In this document: piece after piece, positions 1-13,645 of the stretch
How the letters are laid out: the number at the start of each line of letters is the position of its first letter
Position numbering within the stretch: the stretch's first letter is position 1
Assembly (NCBI GenBank): GCA_964016885.1
Contig: OZ024749.1
Location: 5,828,001 to 5,892,000 of the forward strand
DNA from: Eledone cirrhosa
Lineage: Eukaryota
Length of the DNA stretch: 64,000 bases
Reading direction: 5' to 3'
The notes under the pieces: generated by a model
Told to the model about the DNA's origin: nothing
The model's database searches: none
The model's input: the letters and a program-made list of their open reading frames with translations, nothing else
Made by a program: the position numbers and the translations under genes

Positions 1-40
1 TTCGACGGCTAATTCTGTCCAGAATTAGCCGTCGAAACAT
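1..40. repeat. 16-bp perfect inverted repeat ending in GAAAC (possible 3' half of a PLE-type hammerhead, cut by window edge)
   Basis: ttcgacggctaattct-gtcc-agaattagccgtcgaa; related sequence in opposite orientation at about 34670-34700. Confidence 0.6.
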
Positions 41-50
41 CCTACTCGTT

Positions 51-89
<39 letters not shown>

Positions 90-94
<5 letters not shown>

Positions 95-220
95 TATTTG
101 GGGAGGATCATATTGTTATAATATTGCCAGAAATATGGGAATATTACAAATATAACAGTATTTGATTCAACACACGATTTCATATCAAAACCTTGCAAAA
201 CAAATTCATCGCCGTTATAT
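90..220. mobile_element. Short remnant of the same PLE-like terminal family as 33904-34515
   Basis: tttggggaggatcatattg and ttcaacacacgatttca..aaacaaattca resemble 33915-33935 and 34460-34506; flanked by (TA)n. Confidence 0.5.
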
Positions 221-244
221 ATATATATAACGGCGATGAATTTG

Positions 245-429
245 CGGTGGATTGGCAGTATCGGTAGAGGGTCAGACGCCATGCTTTGACGCATGGAGTT
301 ACGGCCCTTGCCATTCTGAGTTCAAATCCTGCCGAGGTTAACTTTGCCTTTCATCCTTACGGGGTCGATAAAATAAAGTACCAGTAATACACTGGGTAAT
401 TGCTGGCCTTGTGCTAAACGTAGAAACAG

Positions 430-432
<3 letters not shown>
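245..432 (+). mobile_element. tRNA-derived SINE, family 1
   Basis: A box tggcagtatcgg, B box gagttcaaatcc, body gcctttcatccttacggggtcgataaaataaagtaccag; many near-identical copies in the window. Confidence 0.9.
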
Positions 433-514
<82 letters not shown>

Positions 515-849
515 CACAAGCAGGGAAAAGCAGACGTAAAATGATGATGATGATGACACAAATATATTTGACAGGATTTGAACTCAGAATGTAAAAAGAC
601 CTAATTACATAATGCAAAGTATTTTGTCCAATTTTAGTGTCGTTAGCACCACAACCAACACTAACAGCACCACAACCAACACTAACAGCACCACAACCAA
701 CACTAACAGCACCACAACCACTAACAAACATTGCCACAACAATTCACATCTTAACATCACCAATAAAACCAACACTAGCAATACAAAAATTCACTGTCAT
801 CATCACTATTGTTGTCATCATCATCATCATCATGAGTGGCACAAGAATA

Positions 850-1116
850 TATAATAATAATGAAATTATTGTGTAAAGTGCTCAGGTGCACTACAACTCG
901 TCAATATAGTACATAGAATAATACACAAATGTCAGGGAAGTACATGTGTGTATGTGTTAGCTGTTCTGTTGGCGGATCTCGGGAAGCATGGAGGCCTTAA
1001 AGGATGCAGTGTCTCGACAGCTAACAACTGATGCAGGTAGTTTGTTCCATGCTTCAGCAACTCTGAGCGTGAAAAAATGTTTCCGAAAGTCATGGGAACT
1101 GTGCTGTTTTCTTACT
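850..1116 (-). mobile_element. CR1-clade LINE 3' end
   Basis: Minus strand reads RKQHSSHDFRKHFFTLRVAEAWNKLPASVVSCRDTASFK (FFxxRVxxxWNxLP motif) followed by 3' UTR and (ATT)n tail. Confidence 0.8.
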
Positions 1117-1149
1117 ATGATCATGAATACAAGTGGCTGAAATAGGATT

Positions 1150-2660
1150 TCTTTGATGGGTCTTTGAAGTAACGTTACTTGAGAAAGTGCATAGCTCGGA
1201 GATCAGAGAATCACTCCAGGTAGAGCTGTTACTTCTTCAAATTGAGAGATCACAGCTCCAATACTACAGACATGTAGTTAGAATGCCTCAGGAATGAATC
1301 ACTAGACAGATTTTTAGAGCCGCTACTTCTCTGAATTGAGAGATCACAGCTCCAATACTACAGACATGTGGTTAGAATGCCTCAGGAATGAATCACTAGA
1401 CAGATTTTTAGAGCCGCTACTTCTCTGAATTGAGAGATCACAGCTCCAATACTACAGACATGTGGTTAGAATGCCTCAGGAATGAATCACTAGACAGATT
1501 TTTAGAGCCGCTACTTCTCTGAATTGAGAGATCACAGCTCCAATACTACAGACATGTAGTTAGAATGCCTCAGGAATGAATCACTAGACAGATTTTTAGA
1601 GCCGCTACTTCTCTGAATTGAGAGATCACAGCTCCAATACTACAGACATGTGGTTAGAATGCCTCAGGAATGAATCACTAGACAGATTTTTAGAGCCGCT
1701 ACTTCTCTGAATTGAGAGATCACAGCTCCAATACTACAGACATGTGGTTAGAATGCCTCAGGAATGAATCACTAGACAGATTTTTAGAGCCGCTACTTCT
1801 CTGAATTGAGAGATCACAGCTCCAATACTACAGACATGTAGTTAGAATGCCTCAGGAATGAATCACTAGACAGATTTTTAGAGCCGCTACTTCTCTGAAT
1901 TGAGAGATCACAGCTCCAATACTACAGACATGTAGTTAGAATGCCTCAGGAATGAATCACTAGACAGATTTTTAGAGCCGCTACTTCTCTGAATTGAGAG
2001 ATCACAGCTCCAATACTACAGACATGTAGTTAGAATGCCTCAGGAATGAATCACTAGACAGATTTTTAGAGCCGCTACTTCTCTGAATTGAGAGATCACA
2101 GCTCCAATACTACAGACATGTAGTTAGAATGCCTCAGGAATGAATCACTAGACAGATTTTTAGAGCCGCTACTTCTCTGAATTGAGAGATCACAGCTCCA
2201 ATACTACAGACATGTAGTTAGAATGCCTCAGGAATGAATCACTAGACAGATTTTTAGAGCCGCTACTTCTCTGAATTGAGAGATCACAGCTCCAATACTA
2301 CAGACATGTGGTTAGAATGCCTCAGGAATGAATCACTAGACAGATTTTTAGAGCCGCTACTTCTCTGAATTGAGAGATCACAGCTCCAATACTACAGACA
2401 TGTGGTTAGAATGCCTCAGGAATGAATCACTAGACAGATTTTTAGAGCCGCTACTTCTCTGAATTGAGAGATCACAGCTCCAATACTACAGACATGTGGT
2501 TAGAATGCCTCAGGAATGAATCACTAGACAGATTTTTAGAGCCGCTACTTCTCTGAATTCCTCTCTGAATGCTTGGTGATCAAGACGGATCAGTTGGAGA
2601 CAGTTACTTTTGACAGGACTCACTGGAAGGTGTGTTTGAGGACTCTGACCCCATGGCCTT
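1150..2660 (+). mobile_element. Decayed RTE-clade LINE ORF2 C-terminus hosting a tandem array
   Basis: Reads SSEIRESLQVELLLLQIERSQLQYYRHVVRMPQE then ECLVIKTDQLETVTFDRTHWKVCLRTLTP, similar to RTE/Expander C-termini. Confidence 0.7.
1237..2558. repeat. 94-bp minisatellite, 14 copies
   Basis: Unit ctgaattgagagatcacagctccaatactacagacatgt(g/a)gttagaatgcctcaggaatgaatcactagacagatttttagagccgctacttct; period 1331 to 1425. Confidence 0.97.
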
Positions 2661-2689
2661 CTCAGGAATAAGTGGGTGAAGAAGAAGAA

Positions 2690-2800
2690 TGAACTGAAAC
2701 AATATGAAATAAAGTGTCCTGCTCAAGAACACAATGTAAAGCCTGGCCTGAGAATCAAACTCAGAACCTCACCATTGTAAGCCTGACACATTAACCACTA
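2690..2800 (-). mobile_element. SINE family 2 head fragment
   Basis: gaaataaagtgtcctgctcaagaacacaat..gagaatcaaactc matches other family 2 copies. Confidence 0.7.
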
Positions 2801-3088
2801 AAATGATATAAAGAATTAGGAAGAAATCTGATGTAAAAAGTGAAACTGTTATGAAAATCTTGGTCTGAGTGGTTCCTATTTCCCTGAGGAAATATATGTT
2901 ATATACCACAGATACCAGCAGATTTCTAGCTTTAAAAATTATATTGAATTATAAAATATATATACATCTCATTTATATTTTTGGCATCTTCAGTAAAACC
3001 TTTATTAATTTACATGAATCTATAATCTGTTTTCAAATACATATACATATAAATATATATTTATTTATATATATATAATTTTTTTTTA

Positions 3089-3134
<46 letters not shown>

Positions 3135-3289
3135 ATAATGATCTTTTGTCTTTCCCTGTTTGAAGACTTTTAAACAAAACTAGATTTTATTATAAAGTCA
3201 TTGACAGGTTTACAGTAGGGAAAACACAACAACAGCATTTGAATAAAGCCAACACATTATTACACCTACAGCAACAACAACAACACTAC

Positions 3290-5028
3290 CACTATTACTA
3301 CATGCACACAGACTACATACACATTTAACACACACACACACTACATACACATTTAACACACACACACACTACATACACATTTAACACACACACACACTAC
3401 ACACACACACACACTACATACACATTTAACACACACACACACTACACACACACACACACTACATACACATTTAACACACACACACACTACATACACATTT
3501 AACACACACACACACTACACACACACACACACTACATACACATTTAACACACACACACACTACACACACACACACACTACATACACATTTAACACACACA
3601 CACTACACACACACACACTACATACACATTTAACACACACACACATATACCCACAATATATATATATTTTTTTTAAAACTAATATACAAAGCCACAAAAT
3701 CTTTACCACCACCACTACCATCATTATCATCACCACCACCACCACCACCAACATCACCACCAACACCACCACCACCAACACCACCACCACCAACATCACC
3801 ACCACCAACATCACCACCACCAACATCACCACCACCAACAACAGCACCAACATCACAACCACCAACAACATCACAACCACCAACATCACCACCAACACCA
3901 ACATCAACACCAACAACATCAACACCAACATCAACACCAACAACATCAACACCACCAACATCAACACCACCAACATCACCACCACCAACATCACCACCAC
4001 AACACCACCACCACCAACAACACCACCACCAACATCAACACCACCAACAACAGCACCACCAACATCACAACCACCAACAACATCACAACCACCAACATCA
4101 ACACCATCACAACCACCAACATCAACACCAACGACAGCAACAACACCACCAACATCACCACCAACACCAACATCAACACCAACAACATCACAACCACCAA
4201 CACCAACACCAACAACATCACCACCAACATCAACATCACGAACAGCAACAACATCACCACCACCAACATCAACACCAACAACATCACCATCACCACCATC
4301 AACACCAACAACATCACCACCACCACAAACAGCAACAACACCACAAATAACACCAACAATATCACCAACACCAAGAACACCAACACCAACAACACCACCT
4401 ACAGCAACACCACCACCAACAACACCACCAACAACAACACCACCAACAATACCCCCACCACCACCAACAACACCGACACCACCAACTTAACAACAACACA
4501 ACCAACACCACCACCAACTCCACCGACAACACCACCACCACCAACACCAGCACCAACACCACCAACACCAACACCACCAACACCACCACCACCACCAACA
4601 CCACCACCACCACCACCACCAACACCAGCACCAACACCACCACCACCACCAACACCAGCACCAACACCACCAACACCAACACCACCAACACCAACACCAC
4701 CAACACCACCACCACCACCACCACCACCAACACCACCACCACCACCAACACCAGCACCAACACCACCACCACCACCACCACCAACACCACCAACACCACA
4801 AACATAAGCAGACAAAAAAACTACACACAACAGAAGTTCAATAGATGCACACACACACAATGAAGCTACACACACACACAAACCTACACACACACCAACA
4901 AAATGATGCAGTCTCCCACATACACGTACAATAAAACTACACACACACACACAACTAACCTGGACATACACACAGACACAAATACACCCACATTACACAT
5001 ACAGAAATAAACACAACTACACACACAT

Positions 5029-5089
<61 letters not shown>

Positions 5090-6060
5090 CACCAAAACTA
5101 CACACAGGCACATGCACACACACACATACACAAACAAACCTATATAAACACACACATACACATACACACATATATACACACATACAAACAAACCTACATA
5201 GACACACACATACACACACACAGGCACATACATACACACATACAAACAAACCTACACATACACACACAGACACATACACACACACACACACATACACGCA
5301 CACACAAACCTACAGACACACACACATACATACACATACAAACTAACCTACTTAGACACACACAAACACACACAGGCATGCACACACATACACACCTACA
5401 CACACGCACATACATAAACAAACCCACACAGACACACACACACATACTAACAAACCTACACATACACACACACACATACACACATACAAACAAACCTACA
5501 CAGACACACACCCACATATATACAACAAACTTACACATATACACCCTAATTACGCATACAGAAACAAACACAACTACACACACACACATATATATACACC
5601 AAAACTACACACAGGCACACACAAAAAACCCTGGACACATATATACACACAAAACTATACATACACACCCAGAACTATGTATACATATACACACACAAAA
5701 ACAAACAAAACTACACACACATATATATATATATACACCAAAACTACACACACACAAAATTACACATACATATACACATTTAAAAATAAACAAATCTACA
5801 CACACATATATACACCAAAACTACATATATATACACCAAAACTACAGACAGACATGCAGAAAACTACACACACACACATATATACACCAAAACTACAGAC
5901 ACTAGCAAGACAAACAAAACTACAGACACACAGGAAACTACACACACACACATATATACACTAAAACTACACACACACTAGCAATGCAAACAAAACTACA
6001 GACACACAGAAAACTACACACACACACACATATACATATATATACATGGTTACACACCAA
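3290..6060. repeat. Compound low-complexity tract: (CA)n-based units and (CCA/CAA)n at about 3705-4800
   Basis: Direct inspection; source of the poly-V/G/W and HT/CV ORFs. Confidence 0.95.
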
Positions 6061-6294
6061 AAAACCCTCAGTTAAATCTAATCTTAAGACAAGAAAACCA
6101 GATAAATGAATAAAAATATTAAATAAAATGTAAAACAAATACTAAAATATAAATCACCCCCCTTCCCCACAACACAACTCAACTGTTTTTATGGGTTTTT
6201 TTCCATTACTTTTCATATTTTTTGTCATTTAGAGAAAATAATGGAATTTTTGGCAAACTCATTTCTAGATTTTTATATGCAATGGTGGAAGATT

Positions 6295-6362
<68 letters not shown>

Positions 6363-6383
6363 TATACATAGGTGTATGTATGA

Positions 6384-6434
<51 letters not shown>

Positions 6435-6501
6435 TACATACACCTATGAATATGCAAACACATTCATATGCATGTATATGTACATTTTATTTTTTTGCTA
6501 G

Positions 6502-6587
<86 letters not shown>

Positions 6588-6677
6588 ATACATATACCCA
6601 CACATGCATACATACATATATAGAGAGAGAAGTCCATGTACATATATAATGTATATATAAATACATGTATAATTTAC

Positions 6678-6733
<56 letters not shown>

Positions 6734-6739
6734 ACATTA

Positions 6740-6807
<68 letters not shown>

Positions 6808-7571
6808 CATATATAGTGAGTGTGTGTGTGTATATACACACCAGAGACATATATACACACATCATACTATATATACATACTAGTAAACACAAAAACAAAA
6901 ACAAAACATCACACTCTGCCTCTTTCCCCAAACTAACATAAGACATTAATCATATATGTTATATGTAAACAATATGTATGTTATATGTAAACAATGTGTA
7001 TGTTATATGCATGTTATATGTAAACTATGTATGTTATATGTATTTTATATGTATCTTATATATATGTATCTTATATATATGTATCTTATATATATGTATC
7101 TTATATATATGCATCTTATATATATGTTATATGTAAACAATATGTATGTTTTATGTATGTTATAAGTAAACAATATGTATGTTGTATGTTATATGTATGT
7201 TATATGTCAACGTAAACAATATGCATGTTGTATGTATGTTATATGTAAACTATAGTATGTTATATGTAAACTATAGAATGTTATATGTAAACAATATGTA
7301 TGTTATATGTAAACAATATATATGTAAACAATATGCATGTTATATGTAAACTATAGTATGTTATATGTCAACAATATATATGTTATATGTAAACAATATG
7401 CATGTTATATGTATGTTATATGTAAACTATAGTATGTTATATGTAAACTATAGTATGTTATATGTAAACTATAGTATGTTATATGTAAACTATAGTATGT
7501 TATATGTAAACTATAGTATGTTATATGTAAACTATATATATGTTATATGTAAACATTATGTATGTTATACA

Positions 7572-7760
7572 TAATTGTTTCTACTTTTGGCACAAGGCCA
7601 GCAATTACCCAGTGCATTACTGGTACTTTATTTTATCGACCCCGTAAGGATGAAAGGCAAAGTCAACCTCGGCGGGATTTGAACTCAGATCGTAAAGGGG
7701 CGTAACTATGCTGGAAAGCCTGGCGTCCGACCCTCTACCGATACTGCCAATCCACCGCCC
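7572..7760 (-). mobile_element. SINE family 1, full length, probable target site duplication
   Basis: Reverse complement of 245-432 type; cattatgtatgttata on both sides, although the flank is itself repetitive. Confidence 0.9.
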
Positions 7761-8298
7761 ATTATGTATGTTATATGTAACATTATGTATGTTATTATGT
7801 TATATGTAAACTATATGTATGTTATATGTAACATTATGTATGTTATTATGTTATATGTAAAACTATATGTATGTTATATGTAACATTATGTATGTTATTA
7901 TGTTATATGTAAACTATATGTATGTTACATGTAAACATTATGTATGTTATATGTAAACAATATGTATGTTTATGTAAACTATATGTATGTTATATGTAAC
8001 ATTATGTATGTTATTATGTTATATGTAAACTATATGTATGTTACATGTAAAGATTATGTATGTTATATGTAAACAATATGTATGTTATATGTAAACAATA
8101 TGTATGTTTATGTAAACTATATGTATGTTATATGTTCATTATAGGGTGATATGGTATTACGTTTCTTCCCATCTAGTTTGGTGTAAAAAAACTAAATTAT
8201 ATCAACATTTCCAATAAAGTTCACAACACAACGTTGAAAACTACACATAGATACATATATGGAATATAAGAAGCAAAGAACTGTTCAAAACATTTTTG

Positions 8299-8346
8299 TG
8301 CTTACAACTGTTTCCTCCAAACCGAGGTTTGGATTTCTTCGGAGCA
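8299..8346 (-). ncRNA. Hammerhead-like motif with CCGAAGA core
   Basis: UGCU CCGAAGA AA UCCAAAC CUCG GUUUGGA G GAAAC AGUU GUA AGCA; stems I, II and III all pair. Confidence 0.65.
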
Positions 8347-9269
8347 ATTTATTAATGAATGGACAGTTATATGTAAACAATATGTATGTTATATGTAAAC
8401 AATATGTATGTTTTATGTATGTTATAAGTAAACAATATGTATGTTGTATGTTATATGTATGTTATATGTAAACAATATGTATGTTTTATGTATGTTATAT
8501 GTAAAAAATATGTATGTTTTATGTAAACAATATGTATGTTTTATGTAAACATTATGTATGTTATATGTAAACAATATGTATGTTATATGTAAACATTATG
8601 TATGTTATATGTAAACAATATGTATGTTTTATGTATGTTATAAGTAAACAATATGTATGTTGTATGTTATATGTATGTTTTATGTAAACTATAGTATGTT
8701 ATATGTAAACTATAGAATGTTATATGTAAACAATATGTATGTTTTATGTATGTTATAAGTAAACAATATGTATGTTGTATGTTATATGTATGTTTTATGT
8801 AAACCTTATGTATGTTATATGTAAACAATATGCATGTTATATGTATGTTTTATGTAAACTATAGTATGTTATATGTAAACTATAGAATGTTATATGTAAA
8901 CAATATGTATGTTTTATGTATGTTATAAGTAAACAATATGTATGTTGTATGTTATACATGATGTTATTATGTTATATGTAAACAATATGTATGTTATATG
9001 TAAATACATTGAGCTACTTAACTTACTGGTAATAAGGTAGTAATATATTACTGCCTACCACTATTTAGGGTTTGTATAAAAAAATATATATAACTGCAAA
9101 AGGTTTTTGTATTTACATAACCATAAATAGTATAATTAATACTAATAATTAATTAATACATAGATACAGATATATGGAATACATACATATAAACATACGT
9201 AGGTGCTGTTTTAAATAAACATGTTTTAACGGTCTATTCTCCAATTTTTTACTTTCCCACGTGCTTACG

Positions 9270-9422
9270 CTCTGCTAACTCTCTAGCCCACTAAATATTA
9301 ACACTTCGAATATTTAATACTGCCGGCACTAGTATCGAGCACCTTTGGCATACGCTACTTGGCAAATAACTATATGTATCACCTATCCTCCCCTTTTTTT
9401 TCTCTTTCTCGATACGTAAATA

Positions 9423-9425
<3 letters not shown>
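9270..9425. mobile_element. Solo terminal segment of the PLE seen at 36810-36950
   Basis: ctaaatattaacacttcgaatatttaatactgccggcactagtat..tcgatacgtaaata closely matches 36821-36947; ends in (TA)n. Confidence 0.7.
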
Positions 9426-9485
<60 letters not shown>

Positions 9486-9509
9486 CATATATACATACAT
9501 ATACACATA

Positions 9510-9952
9510 CATGAGAAATCTACAGATACTCCACCCTGATTACACCTTCAGATTTATGCCTGTTATTATTGGGGCACTGGGGTATGTTAGTAACTGCCTC
9601 AATACAAATCTTGAGAAGCTGGGCTTCACAGGAACAGAAAGAACACAACTAGTTAGGAAACTACAAGTACAATCCATTAATGGAACAGTAAAAATATGTA
9701 AAACATTCCAAATATTTTGCATTTAATAACTGCATATACACATGTACAGATACAAAGCATACACACATGCACACTTACAACTCAAAACATACACATCCAC
9801 ACATACAATAACATCCATATCTACACATGCATGCATACATATCTACCTAGTTGATGTTGTGTAAATTCCAATGAGAGAGTCTTGTATCTATGTTAGAAAC
9901 CGACTCTCTTTCTCTATTGGTAAAACTTTGTGAAATTATAAAACCAGAAGAA
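9510..9952 (+). mobile_element. 3' end of a restriction-like endonuclease (RLE) non-LTR element in an (ACAT)n tract
   Basis: LHPDYTFRFMPVIIGALGYVSNCLNTNLEKLGF..VQSINGTVKICKTF is a typical RLE C-terminus (PVIIGALG); 3' UTR; ACAT repeats on both sides. Confidence 0.7.
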
Positions 9953-10024
9953 CATACATACATACATACAGACAAACATACATACATACAAACATACATG
10001 CACACACATACATACATACATATA

Positions 10025-10225
10025 TACTCCACCCTGATTACACCTTCAAATTTATGCCTGTTATTATTGGGACACTGGGGTATGTTAGTAACTGCCTCAA
10101 TACAAATCTTGAGAAGCTGGGCTTCACAGGAACAGAAAGAACACAACTAGTTAGGAAACTACAAGTATAATCCATTAATGGAACAGTAAAAATATGTAAA
10201 ACATTCCAAACATTTTGCATTTAAT
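10025..10225 (+). mobile_element. Second near-identical copy of the RLE 3' fragment
   Basis: Direct repeat of 9527-9727 with a few substitutions including a stop. Confidence 0.8.
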
Positions 10226-10497
10226 ATACACATGTGTATATACACATGTGTATATATATATTTATATATGTATATGAATCAAAGGAGGTTATGCACAAGA
10301 CAAACACAACAGAAATATGAACACTCCCATCTCTTCAATCATCCACTGGAAATCACTGGAGTTATGCTACATTAAGGTTGATACTATACATTCCATTGCA
10401 CATTGGGATACAACAAAACAGGGAGACACAGGATATATATATATATATTCAAATATATATAAATATTTAATGTATAATAAACAATACAATGTAATTA

Positions 10498-10566
10498 CCT
10501 CATTACCAGAGGTTTCCCGAATAAGACGAATACGAAAAAACGTCCTCATTCGTTCGTCGGACAAGG
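10498..10566 (-). ncRNA. Hammerhead-like motif with CCGACGA core
   Basis: CCUUGU CCGACGA [A CGAAUGAGGACG..CGUCUUAUUCG G] GAAACC UCU GGUA AUGAGG; 6-bp stem I with GU pairs. Confidence 0.6.
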
Positions 10567-11994
10567 CAATATAAAACATAGTGAAATATTTGGAAAGTCT
10601 CTTCAAGAAATGCAAAAAAAATATATATATATAAATAAAAGTAATGCAAGAGATATATAAAATATATAAAAAAAATATTGAAACTTCAATACCTATATAA
10701 ATATTTATATATTTATATATATAACTTTGATAACTTGGATAGCTTTCGGCGAGTATTGGCCCAGGCCATGTCTAACTTAATAGCACCACCTGGCAAATAT
10801 ATACTTTGTGGAAAACCATCTGTCCATAACTCTATGTATAAAGAGTCAGGGAGTTTGTATTTAAAATTCTGCTCCCTGCCAGACTGAATGTTGTCTCAAA
10901 AATCCTCATACAGAATGATTCTGATAAGGACCCTAAGGAAGGGGTTACAAGAGAAATTTTGCATAGCAGAGCAGAACAAGATTGCTTATAGTTCCTCACC
11001 TCAGAGTGTGGGCCTCAAAAGTGAGGAAATCAGAGAGGTTTCATGTTGGAAAGGTGGTGCCAGATATTCACAGGCACTCCTCTTAGTTCTATGGTCCCCA
11101 GAGTGGTGTAAAGCCCAAATCCCACCGAGAGTTCTCATAATCCTCGTCCAGAGAACATAGTTTATAAGCTACATCATACAATGTTTCTTCTGAGAAGATG
11201 TCAGAGCTAAGAATCCTGCTCTAGCATTTCTTTTTGATGTATAACTCCTTTCTTTATTTCCTTCTTGCAGTCACTTATATGTGCCAGTACACTGCTCCTT
11301 GTCCTCCTTCTCTTTCAATCATTTCTATATTTCATCTGCCTGACCCCCGTGGATTGTCTCTCTGCTGACCAGTGGCTGCTGGTCTCTGTCATCTGAGGCA
11401 TTTTTACCCATTGCTGTCATCTATAGCAATTGCTTATTTTAATGGCTGATCTAGCGATGTGTTTTCTTATTGTTATACAAATTCAAATACACTTTCATTT
11501 TGTCCACGAGCCTAAGGAACGGCCAGTTTAAAGTGCTTCCTACACATTGGTGGCCTGAAACCATTGGTAGCACATACATGTAAAGTGTATGAAACTTTCT
11601 TTATACCAAATAAACTCTCTTCCAACAGATTGAGCACTATCTTCCTTTATCTTACATCTATGGATTTGGAGCTCATCATTTCCATTCCTCAGGCCACTCT
11701 TCTCAATATGTCTCAGTCCTTGGTGCCCTTTTGCATCACAGATCACTGGCCTGATGCACCATGACTGAGCTGAGTCTGATTTTCCGCCTTGGGTCTAGTT
11801 TCCCCAGTTAATTCAACTCCTCTCCTCAATTTCTTTAATCTTACACACATACACTTTTGCTTCCTTCTCTACCCCTAGCCACTGTCACCTTTACCTCATC
11901 TGCTTTCACACACATACATTCACCCACAAGTTTCTTATAGCTCTCTTATGGTACAAAACATAGACTCTCATAGCTTACACAGACCAACAAAAAA

Positions 11995-12432
11995 TGTACA
12001 CACACCTCTATATTTACCTTCACCACTCTGTACACACACATACACACACCTCTATATTTACCATCACCACTCTGTACACACACATACACACACCTCTATA
12101 TTTACCTTCACCACTCTGTACACACACATACACACACCTCTATATTTACCATCACCACTCTGTACACACACATACACACACCTCTATATTTACCATCACC
12201 ACTCTGTACACACACACACACACCTCTATATTTACCTTCACCACTCTGTACACACACATACACACACCTCTATATTTACCTTCACCACTCTGTACACACA
12301 CATACACACACCTCTATATTTACCTTCACCACCCTGTACACACACGCACCCACCTCTATATTTACCTTCACCACTCTGTACACACACACACACACCTCTA
12401 TATTTACCTTCACCACTCTGTACACACACAGA
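11995..12432. repeat. Minisatellite of about 40 bp, about 10 copies
   Basis: acacacctctatatttacc(t/a)tcaccactctgtacacacacat. Confidence 0.95.
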
Positions 12433-12675
12433 CACAGACACATATATGCACAAGTAAGCTCTATATACAAAACGTTTTTTTTCCCTCTCAGACAGATGCG
12501 TTCCATCATCACCTTTTCCAAAAAAGTATATCATACACAAAACGCCAGCATCAACAGTTTTCCAAGAGATGACAACATCAATGGATCTGTTAATCTTCTC
12601 TAAAAATTTTGTTTTCTGTTTCCACCCTGCCTGTCTCCTCAATCTTTTTATTTCTTCTTTAATTTCTCACACTAC

Positions 12676-12710
12676 CTTCTGATGAAGGACTAGCGTCCGA
12701 AACATTAAGA
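12676..12710 (+). ncRNA. Minimal hammerhead ribozyme motif (PLE type)
   Basis: CUU CUGAUGA A GGAC UAGC GUCC GAAAC AUUA AG; core and stem II intact, stems I and III weak. Confidence 0.6.
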
Positions 12711-12785
12711 CTCTTTTCCTAATATAGTTTAAAACAATCAATATATTTCTTCATTGTACTGTATTTCAAGTTTGCCTTTTGCATA

Positions 12786-12882
<97 letters not shown>

Positions 12883-13057
12883 ACATTCATGCATGGGTGT
12901 GTATGTAGAAGGATGTGTAGTATAAGAATGAAAATAATTGCTTCATACATAAAATTAGATGTTGTGAAGTGGTAAAAGAATATTTACTTGCCAACACTAT
13001 ACCCATATATATATACATATATATATATACACATGTATATATATACACATGTATATA

Positions 13058-13159
<102 letters not shown>

Positions 13160-13479
13160 AAAATATGTATATATGTGTGTGTATATATATACATATACGC
13201 ACATATACATATATATATATATGTATATATGTGTGTGTTTACCCACATATACATAAATACATGTCTGTATATGTGTGTGTACAAATTAATTATTCCTCCA
13301 TCTATTGCAGGATATTAATGCTTTCATATTTGAAATAGTTATATGATAATATAAATATAAATTAAATCTAAAATCTTCATGCCTTACATAAAATATTAAT
13401 ACATAGCGTTTGAAGTGTCGAAGTGTATTTATTGGTAGCAGTGCATACATCGGAAGTATGTCGCAACTACAGCAAATAT

Positions 13480-13645
13480 GGAGGTGTCTGCGCATGTGTT
13501 CAGTAGCAAGAGCATTGGACTTACAATCATGAGGTTGTAGGTTCGATTTTCGGACCGGGCTTTGCGTTGTGTTCTTGAGCAAGACACTTTATTTCGTGTT
13601 GCTCCTGTTTACTCAGCTGTAGAAATGAGATGTGACATCACTGGT
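13480..13645 (+). mobile_element. SINE family 2 (tRNA head plus CORE-like domain), 5' part
   Basis: B box ggttcgatt, then tgtgttcttgagcaagacactt; body resumes at about 15383-15532. Confidence 0.8.

Larger units (their letters stand above)
6950..9005. repeat. Degenerate AT-rich minisatellite of about 20 bp (tatgttatatgtaaacaatatg) interrupted by insertions
   Basis: Recurring gttatatgtaaac motif. Confidence 0.9.

Noticed and set aside
245-330. tRNA gene
   Set aside because: A and B boxes belong to a SINE head; no cloverleaf, and it continues into the SINE body.
1237-2558. CRISPR-like array
   Set aside because: Units are contiguous and almost identical with no unique spacers; eukaryotic context with no cas genes.
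2884-3000. CUGAGGA and CUGAAGA cores
   Set aside because: No correctly placed stem II and GAAA.
3560-5964. Long Val/Gly/Pro/His-Thr-rich ORFs (mucin- or extensin-like)
   Set aside because: Trinucleotide and CA repeats open in several frames; no splice or domain evidence.
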